Assembly (NCBI GenBank): GCA_964595755.1
Contig: CAZQQZ010000001.1
Location: 22,228-86,227, forward strand
DNA length: 64,000 nt
Source of the DNA: an uncultured Candidatus Saccharibacteria bacterium
GTDB taxonomy: Bacteria; Patescibacteriota; WWE3; CAZQQZ01
Reading direction: 5' to 3'
Shown here: positions 17,908 to 27,349 of the stretch, one piece after another
Layout: every line of letters starts with the position of its first letter
Position numbering within the stretch: position 1 is the stretch's first letter
Made by a program: the position numbers and the translations under genes
The notes under the pieces: model-generated
What the model saw: the letters and a program-made list of their open reading frames with translations, nothing else
Databases searched by the model: none
Told to the model about the DNA's origin: nothing

Positions 17908-19647
17908 CTATTTACGACGACCGACTAACCACTTTTCGACATTTTCTAAATCCCAAGTATTAAGTATATCACCTTTTTCCGCCCAACCTCGCCGAGCCAT
18001 AGTTACACCATAGCGAATCCCAGGTAAACTTTGCGTGTCATGAGCATCGCTTCCAATCACCAGTTTTACTCCCCGGCGAATTGCTTCGCGAATGGGCCCT
18101 TCGGAAAGATCTAATCTTTTCGGATAAGCATTAATCTCAAGCGCTTTGTCATACCTCGCGCAAGCGGCAAAAATCACATCAAAATCAAGTTCATACCCTT
18201 CTCGCTCTTTCAAAAGCCTTCCGGTTGGGTGACCAATAATATCAACATACGGGTTTTTGATCGCCGCAAGAAGCCTTTCCGTTTGTTTCTCCTTTGGTAA
18301 ACCAAAACTGGTGTGAATCGAGGCAATTACATAATCTAGGGGCTGAAGCAAAGTATCAGGCAGAGACATCTTACCTTCGGCAGTGATACTTACCTCAAGC
18401 CCATTAAATACTTGGATTCCATGTCTTTTCGCCGTTTCTTTAATAATTTTTGCTCTCTCCGAAAGATCCCTTCCCGCCCGGACCTCCCCTCTTGATTTGA
18501 CACTCGGGTTGTGGTCAGAAATTCCGATATACTGGTATCCCATCTTCTCACCCGCCAAAATCATATCTTCGATTGAGTTTTCCCCTTCCAAAAAGTCGCT
18601 ATGCATGTGAAAATCCCCTTTGATATCGGAAAGCTCGATTAGATCGGGTAACCCGCCCTTTTGGGCCGCATCAACCTCACCCGTATCTTCCCTTATTTCT
18701 GGAGGAATATAATCAAATCCCAAAAAATTATAAAATCCTTTTTCGTCGGAAAAAACCGTTTCCTTATCACTTTCTAGTGATTTAATTCCATGCTCAGAAG
18801 CGGTAAATCCTTTTTGTTTAGCAATCCCCCTCAAGTGAATATTATGCGACCTAGAACCGGTGAAGTATTGGAGAAGACTGCCGTAAGAAGACGGGTTCTC
18901 CGTTACAACATCGACCTGCCTGCCAGATTTTAAGAGTACTGTTGCCTTGACATCTCCCGCACTAACAACCTCCCGAACCATTTCCCAATGAACAAAATAG
19001 TTGATAACATTTTTACTGTTTTCGCAAGCGACGCTGATATCAACATCTCCAATAGTGGAAACTCCGCGCCTTAATGATCCCAAAGGATCCGCCCTTTTAA
19101 CATTAGGGTTCTTTTTTAGATAAGAAATTACATTCTCGGCAACAATTAAAGCCTCCGGAAAAAGTAACCGGTCGCCTAAAGATTCAAGTTCTTTAATTCT
19201 TCTAAGAATATCCCGTTCGGACTCTTCCCCAAAACCAGAAAGTTCAGAAACTTTGTGTAAGGAGGCGGCACACTTTAGATCATCTATACTTTCAACTTTA
19301 AGCTCTTTTGCCAGACGAAACGCTCTTTTGGGGCCAATACCAGACACATCTAACAGTTTAAACATTCCCTCCGGCAAACCTTTTTTAACCTCTTCAAAAT
19401 GAGTAACTCTCCCTGTTTTAAAATATTCATCAAGATAAGAAGAAATCCCTTTTCCAATTCCCGGAACTTCATCAAGAGAACGCTCTTCCCAAAGCTCTTT
19501 AATATCATTTGAAGTATGCTCAATTGAAGTTGCCGCATTTCCGTAAGCCCGAATTCTAAACAAATCTCCCCCTTTAACCTCATAGGCCGCCTCAACTTCT
19601 CGAAGCATATTAGATACCGCTTTGTTAGAATATTTTGGAATTTTCAT
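17908..19647 (-). CDS. polX: DNA polymerase X family protein with C-terminal PHP phosphoesterase domain
   Basis: N-terminal HhH/Pol-beta-like region (GIGPKRAFRL) and C-terminal PHP motifs (HMHSDF...GISDHN...GSDAHD). Confidence 0.8.
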   Translation of the reverse strand: MKIPKYSNKAVSNMLREVEAAYEVKGGDLFRIRAYGNAATSIEHTSNDIKELWEERSLDEVPGIGKGISSYLDEYFKTGRVTHFEEVKKGLPEGMFKLLDVSGIGPKRAFRLAKELKVESIDDLKCAASLHKVSELSGFGEESERDILRRIKELESLGDRLLFPEALIVAENVISYLKKNPNVKRADPLGSLRRGVSTIGDVDISVACENSKNVINYFVHWEMVREVVSAGDVKATVLLKSGRQVDVVTENPSSYGSLLQYFTGSRSHNIHLRGIAKQKGFTASEHGIKSLESDKETVFSDEKGFYNFLGFDYIPPEIREDTGEVDAAQKGGLPDLIELSDIKGDFHMHSDFLEGENSIEDMILAGEKMGYQYIGISDHNPSVKSRGEVRAGRDLSERAKIIKETAKRHGIQVFNGLEVSITAEGKMSLPDTLLQPLDYVIASIHTSFGLPKEKQTERLLAAIKNPYVDIIGHPTGRLLKEREGYELDFDVIFAACARYDKALEINAYPKRLDLSEGPIREAIRRGVKLVIGSDAHDTQSLPGIRYGVTMARRGWAEKGDILNTWDLENVEKWLVGRRK

Positions 19648-19703
19648 AATTTCTTTAGATATAATTTAGCAAATCGGACGAATCTTTTAAACAAGGTAAA
19701 TTG

Positions 19704-19732
19704 TTGACTATCTCTCAATAAATTGCTATACA
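19704..19732 (+). promoter_or_regulatory. sigma70-type promoter for tRNA-Asp
   Basis: TTGACT, a 17-bp spacer, then TATACAAT, about 25 nt upstream of the mature tRNA 5-prime end. Confidence 0.45.
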
Positions 19733-19757
19733 ATGAGGTTGAACATTCAAATAATTT

Positions 19758-19834
19758 TGGAGCTGTAGCTCAGTTGGTTAGAGCGCTGCCCTGTCACGGC
19801 AGAGGTTGCGGGTTCGAGCCCCGTCAGCTCCGCC
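19758..19834 (+). tRNA. tRNA-Asp (anticodon GTC)
   Basis: GGAGCTGTAGCTCAGTTGGTTAGAGCGCTGCCCTGTCACGGCAGAGGTTGCGGGTTCGAGCCCCGTCAGCTCCGCCA. The cloverleaf folds with loop CTGTCAC, and CCA is encoded. Confidence 0.85.
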
Positions 19835-20035
19835 ACGTAAAAATCTTGATGAACCCCGATTACATCGGGGTGAGTCTAGAGTTTTACAGTGCCCTCGTTT
19901 ATCCCGAGCGCAGCGAAGGATATTACGGGGCTGGAGATGGCATGTCACCAAGATTTAACGTGGCAGGCCACCCTCAATACCTGCCAAAACCTTGACTGCC
20001 CAAGAAAATATACAGTGCAAGGAGGTGATTTACAC

Positions 20036-20512
20036 ATGAGCGAACAAATTGAAGAACAGTCCACAAAGGGCGCCCTCGCAGCGATTACTGCCGGAGTTTT
20101 GGTCATTATTGCCGGCTTTTTAGTTTACAATTACTTTTCCAAAGTAGGAAAACTTCCGGAAGGAGAAAATAATAAAACAGAAGAAGTCACTCTTGAAGAG
20201 GAAGAAGTTCCTTCTGAGGAAGTTGCCGGAACCAACGGGGGAACAGGAACGACCGAAACTGGAACATTAGGAACAGGAGGGGCCACGGGAGAAACCACTT
20301 CTTGGGTAGCAATTGATTATCAGAAGGATCAAATTACCGGTAAAAAACACACCGTTAAATGGGGGGACACCCTTTGGGAAATAGCGGAAGCGAGATATGG
20401 GACCGGATTTGATTACGGGAAAATTGTCGAAGCTAACAAGGACGCCATCGGGTTTTTAGCCAACGGAACCCAGGCTTTGATCGAACCGGGGCAAGTTCTT
20501 AAACTTCCCTAA
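20036..20512 (+). CDS. membrane-anchored LysM domain protein
   Basis: Strong RBS AAGGAGGTG 7 nt before the ATG at 20036. N-terminal TM helix, a Gly/Thr/Glu-rich linker, and a C-terminal LysM motif (HTVKWGDTLWEIAEARYG...). The in-frame upstream part of the ORF, back to 19889, is treated as untranslated leader. Confidence 0.6.
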   Translation: MSEQIEEQSTKGALAAITAGVLVIIAGFLVYNYFSKVGKLPEGENNKTEEVTLEEEEVPSEEVAGTNGGTGTTETGTLGTGGATGETTSWVAIDYQKDQITGKKHTVKWGDTLWEIAEARYGTGFDYGKIVEANKDAIGFLANGTQALIEPGQVLKLP

Positions 20513-20604
20513 CCTTGTATCCAAATAATCCTCGGGGTACCCCTTGGGTTGTTTGAAGTAGCTAGTCGTTAAATCTAATAATTTATTAGATGTGTTTTGT
20601 GTGT

Positions 20605-20634
20605 TTCGATTTTGTAAACCCTTTAAGGTATAAT
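20605..20634 (+). promoter_or_regulatory. candidate promoter for tRNA-Gly/tRNA-Thr (perfect -10 TATAAT)
   Basis: TATAAT at 20629-20634, 10 nt upstream of tRNA-Gly. The -35 is weak (TTCGAT, or TTGTAA with a short spacer). Confidence 0.35.
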
Positions 20635-20643
20635 GGTTTTGTT

Positions 20644-20719
20644 GCGATGGTAGTTCAGTTGGCAGAACGCCTGCTTCCCAAGCAGGAGGTCACCGGTTCG
20701 AATCCGGCCCATCGCTCCA
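20644..20719 (+). tRNA. tRNA-Gly (anticodon CCC)
   Basis: GCGATGGTAGTTCAGTTGGCAGAACGCCTGCTTCCCAAGCAGGAGGTCACCGGTTCGAATCCGGCCCATCGCTCCA. One A-C mismatch in the T-stem. Confidence 0.7.
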
Positions 20720-20791
20720 TACAAATGTAGCTTAGTGGCCCGCCTCGCCGAAACGGCGAGTCGAGGCTGGTAGAGCATTTTAAACCTAAAT

Positions 20792-20867
20792 GCCCACTTA
20801 GCTCAACTGGTAGAGCAGCGGTTTCGTAAATCGCAGGTAGTCGGTTCGAGTCCGACAGTGGGCTCCA
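20792..20867 (+). tRNA. tRNA-Thr (anticodon CGT)
   Basis: GCCCACTTAGCTCAACTGGTAGAGCAGCGGTTTCGTAAATCGCAGGTAGTCGGTTCGAGTCCGACAGTGGGCTCCA. All stems pair, and CCA is encoded. Confidence 0.85.
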
Positions 20868-20876
20868 TAAAAAATT

Positions 20877-21578
20877 ATGCCAAATAAGAAAAAAATCAAA
20901 GAAAACTCCAAACAGTTTTTTACTCTATTCTTAATTACCCTGGTAATAGGCACCGTTGCCGTCCTTGGAATGATAAAAATCCTCTCTAATCTGGACATTC
21001 TCTGGAGTTTCTTTAACCCAGAAGAAGCCGCCGTCAAAGATGATCAAATCGCCCCCTCCGCCCCAGTCATAATTCCCGTTCAAAAATATACTAACAAGAG
21101 CGAAATAACAATTGAAGGTTATTCAGAAAAAGGCGCCACCGTTATCTTATTTTCGGGAAATCTCAAAAAACGGGAGGTGATTGTTGATAACGACGGAAGA
21201 TTTGCCTTTAATGAAATTCCCCTAAGTGGAAAGCAAAACAGATTTTACTTAACCGCCAAAGATAAATCTGACAATGAAAGTGAAAAATCAGAGGAAATCC
21301 TAGTCATCTTTGATAACGAAAAGCCTAAACTAGAGATAAACGAACCTATCAACGGAAGTCGCTTTGTAGGAGAAGATAAGAAACAAGTCAACATTGCAGG
21401 AACAACAGAGCTTGGCGGTGTTATTTTTGTTAACGACGCTTACGCCATCGTTAATTCGGCCGGAAATTTCACCTACACCTTCACACTCACCCAAGGAGAG
21501 AATAAAATTAAAATAAAAGCGGAAGATCAAGCCGGCAATGAAGAGAACAGAGAGTTGACAATTTTCTTTAGTCCCTAA
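20877..21578 (+). CDS. membrane-anchored extracellular protein with two bacterial Ig-like repeats
   Basis: N-terminal TM helix, then two ~70-aa beta-rich repeats with a G-x-fxx-a-D-x-sGNES pattern typical of Big/Ig-like domains. Confidence 0.4.
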   Translation: MPNKKKIKENSKQFFTLFLITLVIGTVAVLGMIKILSNLDILWSFFNPEEAAVKDDQIAPSAPVIIPVQKYTNKSEITIEGYSEKGATVILFSGNLKKREVIVDNDGRFAFNEIPLSGKQNRFYLTAKDKSDNESEKSEEILVIFDNEKPKLEINEPINGSRFVGEDKKQVNIAGTTELGGVIFVNDAYAIVNSAGNFTYTFTLTQGENKIKIKAEDQAGNEENRELTIFFSP

Positions 21579-22755
21579 AAAGGTAAATCCCCAGAAGAAA
21601 AAACCAAACGAGTAATATTGGAGCATAAAAAAGTGAGTTAATAAAATTGGATTCTGCCAAAAGCGAGAACGAAATCGCAAGAAATGGGGGGGCTTTTTCT
21701 TGAATTCCCCGAAAAATGGAAAATAAGTGAATGGAAATATAAGAAATGAAGCCAATAACTCCTGTGGTAGCTAGAACAAGAAGTAAGCTGGAATCCGCTC
21801 CGGAACCGCTATGTCCCCCTAAGGGGTTGGTGATATCAAAAAGCCCCTTCCTTTCTTGGGCAAAGCGATACGTATTAAATCCAACCCCAATAATCGGATT
21901 ATCCTTTACAAAACCTAGCGTGTTTTTCCAAGAAATCAAACGAAACCGAGCAGAATCAGAAGGATCCGTAATCCCAGTCAATCTAGTTTGTACCCTTGGA
22001 ATTAATCGATAAGAAGCAAAGGCCAAAAAGGCGATAAACAAAAAAAAGAGCGCTTTTTCATAAATTTTTCTTTTTGAGAAAAGAAGCAATGTAAATAAAG
22101 CGATACCTAACATTCCCCAAGCACTTCGGGAAAAAGTAAGAAAAATCCCTAATAGTATAATCCCCCTTAATACAGTCGTTACCCACAAATTTTTTATTCT
22201 TTGCCCAAAGCTTAATACAAAAGCAATTACCAGGTAAGCCCCGGTGAAGTTAGGATCAAAAAAGGTAGCTGCTAATCGATTTTTGTGAGGATCCCAACCT
22301 AATGAAGGATCAAGAATTGAAAAATCGGGAAGGAAAATCAGTTGGAAAAAACCAAAAATAGAAAGTAATAAACCAGATAGCGTAATCCACTTCAGTAGAT
22401 CGTCTTTAAAGTCCTCTATTCTAAGATAATTTGAAACTAGAAGGCCGGACATAGCATATAGGACAAACCGAATCAAGTATAAAGAAGAAACCAAGAAGGA
22501 GCCAAACGCAAGCCGATTCAGCGAAAAAAGTAAAGAAATAAAAGCAATCAGGCAAAATAAAAATACAAGAAGAAATACTTTTGGAACGTATAATTTTCTG
22601 CTCGACGTAACAAAAAAGAGAACTGACCAAAAAATTAATATAAGGATCAAAAAATCGGAAAAATACAAAACTGCGGAAGCAACGCTTACCCGAGCGATCT
22701 GTCCAAGAGTCAGGGAAAGTACCAACGACAATAAAAGTATTTTCGTGATTTTCAT
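21568..22755 (-). CDS. O-antigen ligase/polymerase-like integral membrane protein (Wzy_C-like)
   Basis: About 10 predicted TM helices, with a periplasmic loop motif (FSRSAWGMLGIALF...) resembling the Wzy_C domain. Sits next to a GT2 and a flippase. Confidence 0.5.
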   Translation of the reverse strand: MKITKILLLSLVLSLTLGQIARVSVASAVLYFSDFLILILIFWSVLFFVTSSRKLYVPKVFLLVFLFCLIAFISLLFSLNRLAFGSFLVSSLYLIRFVLYAMSGLLVSNYLRIEDFKDDLLKWITLSGLLLSIFGFFQLIFLPDFSILDPSLGWDPHKNRLAATFFDPNFTGAYLVIAFVLSFGQRIKNLWVTTVLRGIILLGIFLTFSRSAWGMLGIALFTLLLFSKRKIYEKALFFLFIAFLAFASYRLIPRVQTRLTGITDPSDSARFRLISWKNTLGFVKDNPIIGVGFNTYRFAQERKGLFDITNPLGGHSGSGADSSLLLVLATTGVIGFISYISIHLFSIFRGIQEKAPPFLAISFSLLAESNFINSLFYAPILLVWFFLLGIYLFRD

Positions 22756-22756
22756 A

Positions 22757-23632
22757 TTAGTTTCTTATAAAATATTGCTGGTAAATCTGATAACCTCGCG
22801 CGTATCCATTTATAGCCACCTTAATACCCCTAAATCCCCCTAAAACAACACATCTTCCAACTGCCCGCCAATGCTTTAAAATGTGAATTGGCCAAAAACT
22901 GCCATAATTTTTAAGGCTAAAATACAAATAATTTGCAAATAATTGCTCAAACCAACTTAATTTATCACCAAAACTTCTGGAGCCGCCAGTGGCCTTTAAA
23001 TGCAGCACTTCCGCCTTAGGCTCATAGATAATCTTCCCAAAACGCTTTAACGAAAAGCAGAAATCTATGTCTTCGTATGCGCAATTCCCATAAAAATTTT
23101 CGTCGTATCCGCCCGATCGTTCCCAAACCTCCTTCCGAAAAGAAAGATCACAACCGCCCCCTACTAAAGAAACCTCAGTTGCCTTATCAACCTTAACCCA
23201 GGAGAAATTTCCAAGAAGGTTCATTTTATTCTGCCTTGTTCCTGTAATCTCACTCCCATCTTTTTGGTTAATCACTTTACCACCAACCGCAACGACCTTT
23301 TGATCAAGATATTGGTTTAAATGAGCTCCGATAAGCTGGCTCCCAAAAGAAACGTCATCATCTAAAGTTAGAACAATTCCAGATTTCGCAAGGCTTATCG
23401 CTTTGTTTTTCGCTTTTGTGATATGAGGAGGCGAAAAACAAAAATAACGAAATCGCTTATCCATAAGGTATTTTTCCAAATTCTTTTTAAAGCCATCAGA
23501 ATGAGTTTCCGATTGATCAGCAATTATCACCTCAAAATCAGAAATGGTCTGTGATTTAAGCATCTCAAGAACATTTAACAATTCTTTTTCTCTTTTATAA
23601 GTAGGAAGCACAACACTAATTCGTGGAACCAT
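22757..23632 (-). CDS. glycosyltransferase family 2
   Basis: SVVLPTYKREKELLNVLEMLKSQT...EVIIADQSE...LDDD, the GT-A fold DxD signature. Confidence 0.7.
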   Translation of the reverse strand: MVPRISVVLPTYKREKELLNVLEMLKSQTISDFEVIIADQSETHSDGFKKNLEKYLMDKRFRYFCFSPPHITKAKNKAISLAKSGIVLTLDDDVSFGSQLIGAHLNQYLDQKVVAVGGKVINQKDGSEITGTRQNKMNLLGNFSWVKVDKATEVSLVGGGCDLSFRKEVWERSGGYDENFYGNCAYEDIDFCFSLKRFGKIIYEPKAEVLHLKATGGSRSFGDKLSWFEQLFANYLYFSLKNYGSFWPIHILKHWRAVGRCVVLGGFRGIKVAINGYARGYQIYQQYFIRN

Positions 23633-24881
23633 TTGTTTTTTTTATAACAGGCAAGAGGAAAATAACAAGCAAAATTAAAATCAATCCTTCAGTGACGGAA
23701 GTCCAAACGGCTGCTCCATAGAAACTATAACGAGGAATAATCAACAGGTTTCCAAGAATATTAAATATAGCCGAAGCCCCGTAGATAAAGGGTAAATATT
23801 TTTGACGATCAAAAATGATTAGGTACCAAAAAAGCATTGAAGTTAAGAAAAATATCGGGAGTCCCGCCAAAAGAAGTCTGAGCGCCAAAACGGAAGGGGA
23901 AAAAGAGTCACCTCCTATTAGTCTAATTAGATACGGAGCTAATAAAATCCCCACCAAACCCCCTAACATTCCCAATCCCCCCAAAAAAACAAAAATCTTT
24001 TTAGTCAAAGTAGCAAACTCACCAGTACTTTCCTCTTTCTTTCCTAAAAGGATCGGATAAACCACATTCATAAAAAAAGTGGGAAAGACGAGAATAACTT
24101 CAAATATTTTGTAAGCAATACCGTAATATCCTACATCCTCAGTCTTTTTAAGGAGGGATAGCAGAATCGAATCCGCCTTGCCAGTGGTGACACTTAAAAA
24201 GGCGGTCATTCCAAGAGGAATCGAAGGCAAAAAAAGTTCCCGCCAATAATTTGTATCAATTATTGGAGCCGAAAAAGTATTCTTTGAAATCAATCGCTTG
24301 GCTAAAAATAAAGAGGTTAACGCGGTGACTAAACCACCAGCCGAATAAGCAAAGATAGCAAAATTCAAAGAAGTTAATCCGAAATATATTAAAACCAAAA
24401 AAAGTGCGCTTCCGAAAAAAACAGATATTGTCGAAAGATCATAACGAGCTTTAAGTTGAAAAATGGCGTTGGCGGAAGTTATTAACCCTTGAGTCAGAAT
24501 CGAAAAAAGCCCGATCGCGATCCCAATTTTAAGGTTTTGGGAATAGGGAAAGAGAATAAGCAACAAAAGCGCTAGCGCAATTAACGAAAGTGACCAGAAA
24601 AATCTTAATGAAACTAATTTTCCAAAATTAATATGGAGAGTTTCGTCATTTTCAGTAATGGATTTCTTGGCAAAAATCGCGTTTAACCCAAAATCAACCG
24701 CCATATAAAAAAAGGCGGGGAAAGCCAGCATTAAACTAAATTCACCGTACCCCGATGGACCAAAACGCCTAGTCAAAAGAAAGGTGATGAAAAGCGTTGA
24801 AGTCGTCGTGATCGCCTTACCAATAAGTTGATAAAGGGTGTTTTTGGCTATTTTTACTGATAGTCCGCTTAAAGATGACAT
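23616..24881 (-). CDS. polysaccharide/oligosaccharide flippase (Wzx, MOP superfamily)
   Basis: 421 aa with ~12 TM helices. N-terminus KNTLYQLIGKAITTTSTLFITFLLTRRFGPSGYGEF is typical of Wzx/polysaccharide biosynthesis proteins. Confidence 0.65.
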   Translation of the reverse strand: MSSLSGLSVKIAKNTLYQLIGKAITTTSTLFITFLLTRRFGPSGYGEFSLMLAFPAFFYMAVDFGLNAIFAKKSITENDETLHINFGKLVSLRFFWSLSLIALALLLLILFPYSQNLKIGIAIGLFSILTQGLITSANAIFQLKARYDLSTISVFFGSALFLVLIYFGLTSLNFAIFAYSAGGLVTALTSLFLAKRLISKNTFSAPIIDTNYWRELFLPSIPLGMTAFLSVTTGKADSILLSLLKKTEDVGYYGIAYKIFEVILVFPTFFMNVVYPILLGKKEESTGEFATLTKKIFVFLGGLGMLGGLVGILLAPYLIRLIGGDSFSPSVLALRLLLAGLPIFFLTSMLFWYLIIFDRQKYLPFIYGASAIFNILGNLLIIPRYSFYGAAVWTSVTEGLILILLVIFLLPVIKKTNGSTN

Positions 24882-24889
24882 ATTAAGAT

Positions 24890-24918
24890 TTTACCACTTA
24901 ACTGGTTACTGTTATAAT
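24890..24918 (+). promoter_or_regulatory. candidate promoter for tRNA-Val (-10 TATAAT)
   Basis: TATAAT at 24913-24918, 10 nt upstream of the tRNA. Weak -35 TTTACC/TTACCA. Confidence 0.35.
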
Positions 24919-24928
24919 TAAGCAGGTT

Positions 24929-25005
24929 GGGTGATTAGCTCAGCTGGTTAGAGCGTCCCGGTCACATCGGGAAGGTCGCAGGTTCGATTCCTGCATCGCC
25001 CACCA
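24929..25005 (+). tRNA. tRNA-Val (anticodon CAC)
   Basis: GGGTGATTAGCTCAGCTGGTTAGAGCGTCCCGGTCACATCGGGAAGGTCGCAGGTTCGATTCCTGCATCGCCCACCA. Stems pair, and CCA is encoded. Confidence 0.75.
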
Positions 25006-25131
25006 AAATCAAACAAAATTCTCGGTGTTTTCATGTTAAAATTATCCTATCTAATTATGCTAGACACCGTAGTCACAATAAACACAAAAGAGAAAATAGC
25101 CACCACTCCGTTTTTTTAAGCGAATAATATT

Positions 25132-25536
25132 TTGATATTCAGGGATGATATTTTAAAAATTTCCGCAATTCCAAATAATTCGATTGACTTAATCGTCACC
25201 TCACCACCCTACAATGTTGACATTCATTATAATACCCACGCCGACGACTTAACATATGAAGATTACTTGGAGTTTACTCAAAAATGGATCAAAAAATGTT
25301 TCGACCTAGCGAAAAGTGAAGGGAGATTTTTGCTCAATATCCCACTTGATAAGAATAAAGGTGGACAAAAATCAGTTGGTGCGGATATTACAAAAATCGC
25401 AAAAGATATAGGATGGAAATACCATTCAACAATTATCTGGAACGAAGGAAATATATCGCGTCGCACTGCCTGGGGTTCATTTATGTCCGCCTCCGCTCCC
25501 TATGTTATTGGGCTTAATGGACATCCGTGTTGGTAA
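25132..25536 (+). pseudogene. truncated beta-class N4-cytosine/N6-adenine DNA methyltransferase (N-terminal fragment only)
   Basis: Motif IV DLIVTSPPY comes first, as in beta-class MTases. The ORF stops after 134 aa, with no FxGxG SAM-binding motif downstream. Confidence 0.55.
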
Positions 25537-25917
25537 TTTGTTTGCTTTTTAGAGATTTTAGGTACCAATACCAAGCGACAAAATTCTCCCTTCTATTTCT
25601 TGAAAGGCCTGTATGCATGTTTATTTTTCCTTTTAGGTGAGTGAATTCTGCTTCAAGACCATTAGTGTCTTTGGGGATTGATTGATCATCTAGGTAGAAG
25701 AAGATATTGTCTAGGGAGCTTTTAATCGTTCTAAAAGCCAGTCTTAAATTTCTGTGGGTGTACCACCAGCTTCTTTTTGAGTTTGGGTCTTTATTGTATG
25801 TCCTGTTGTTTATTATTTCCTTATTCTCCTCCTCAAATCTTTTAAACCAGTTTAGAAATACTTGCTTTTCTCCCAGGGTTTTTATTTGATTTAAAAATCT
25901 AACTATTTCAAGAAGTT

Positions 25918-26394
25918 TTATGCCTGCTTCGGTCTCTTATTCTCGGTTAAAAGGGTTTGACACCTCTTTTGAAGATGAACCATGCAATATTGATGGGGAA
26001 TGTTTGGGAAGGTTACCTTTACAGCAGAAACAAGGGATCCGTGCTTATCCGAGGTAACTGATTTTATTATGTATCCAAGCTCATTAAGCTTTGAAAAACA
26101 GAAAAGATAGTTGAAGTAGTTTTCCCTAAGAGCATAATGCCAGAAGATTATATTTTCCCCCTCCTTAAACACCATGGTGCAACCGCACCTCCCAAAGTAT
26201 TTAGCATCACACTTCAAGTTAATTTCCTTAAAAGAAGGTGGATTAGAAACCCTCTCTGGAAGGGGTTTCTGATCTAAAAACACCTGAAAATATCTAGATA
26301 GCTGTTTTTCAGAGACTCTAGTTTTGGTTGGATCTATTAAATTGGCAATGGAAATTCCTGAATCTACCCATTTGGTAAACAGGGAAAAGTACAA
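25918..26394 (-). mobile_element. DDE transposase remnant (IS256/Mutator-like C-terminal motif), truncated
   Basis: 158-aa ORF containing SDKHGSLVSAVKVTFPNIPHQYCMVHLQKR. This matches the IS256-family pattern D..G...A....FP....Q.C..H..R, but the N-terminal catalytic region and the C-terminus are missing. Confidence 0.45.
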
Positions 26395-26766
26395 ACCAGT
26401 CTTGATCTCGTATTTAGGAGAAAATGTTTTAAAACAAGTTAAGCATCTATATCTTTAGTAGTTAGAAGAGAAACCCCACTTAACCGATTTCCCATCACAA
26501 AAAGGGCACTTTTGACCATACTTTTTTTAATCATTTTGAGATTTTACCAGATTAAAGCCCAGTAACAAGCAAAACCCTCGTTTTTACCAACATACATGTC
26601 TATTAAGCCCAACTTTCAACATATCCGAGGAGGTTACAGGTTGGATGAAGACCAATTTGTAATGCACCCACCCAATATCACGTCAACCGAAGAGTATAAA
26701 GGAAAGTAAAAACACAAACAAACTCCCTCTTGAACCCTACCCCCTTTAAGAATAAAATAATCGAGT

Positions 26767-27345
26767 ATGTTTAAAGCTCTTAAAGGACTTCTCGTCGCCG
26801 CCGGCGACTTCATGGAAACTTTTCTTTTTTTCTCCGCCATTTTAGTGGTTTTTTATTTTTTCTTCGCCATTCCTCACGAAGTGGTCGGGGATTCGATGCT
26901 CCCAAATTTTGTTAACGGAGAACACCTTTTAACTAATAAAATTCTTTATTCTGTCAAAGAACCTCAACGTGGGGATGTAGTTACTTTTAAATTCCCCAAA
27001 GCGCCTCAATTTGATTACATTAAAAGAATTGTTGGCCTACCGGAAGAGCAAATAATGCTAAAGGATAATAAAATTTATATTTATAACAAAGAAAACCCGG
27101 AAGGATTTGTTCTAAATGAAACATACTTGCCAGAAGGAACAATTACCGCCGGGAAATCTTTCTTACCTGAAGGAAAAAAAGTTTTAATTCCAAAGAATAA
27201 TTACATTACGTTTGGAGATAATCGTTCAAGAAGCTCCGATTCAAGGGAATGGGGGTTTGTGCCAAGAAGAAATTTAATTGGGAAAGCCTGGGTAAGATAT
27301 TGGCCACCAAAAGAACTGGGGTTAATCAAGAACCCAACCTACTAA
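26767..27345 (+). CDS. lepB: signal peptidase I
   Basis: GDSMLP (Ser box), KRIVGLPEE (Lys box) and GDNRSRSSDSREWG (box E). Confidence 0.85.
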   Translation: MFKALKGLLVAAGDFMETFLFFSAILVVFYFFFAIPHEVVGDSMLPNFVNGEHLLTNKILYSVKEPQRGDVVTFKFPKAPQFDYIKRIVGLPEEQIMLKDNKIYIYNKENPEGFVLNETYLPEGTITAGKSFLPEGKKVLIPKNNYITFGDNRSRSSDSREWGFVPRRNLIGKAWVRYWPPKELGLIKNPTY

Positions 27346-27349
27346 AAAA

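Noticed and set aside
19889-20035. In-frame N-terminal extension of the LysM gene ORF, starting at MPSFIPSAAK
   Set aside because: A strong AAGGAGGTG Shine-Dalgarno sits 7 nt before the ATG at 20036. The upstream stretch is hairpin-rich and has no membrane or signal features, so it is more plausibly a leader.
20720-20791. Intron-containing tRNA with a D-loop insertion
   Set aside because: No anticodon arm, T-arm or acceptor 3-prime strand follows before tRNA-Thr begins, so only a 5-prime-half-like fragment is present.
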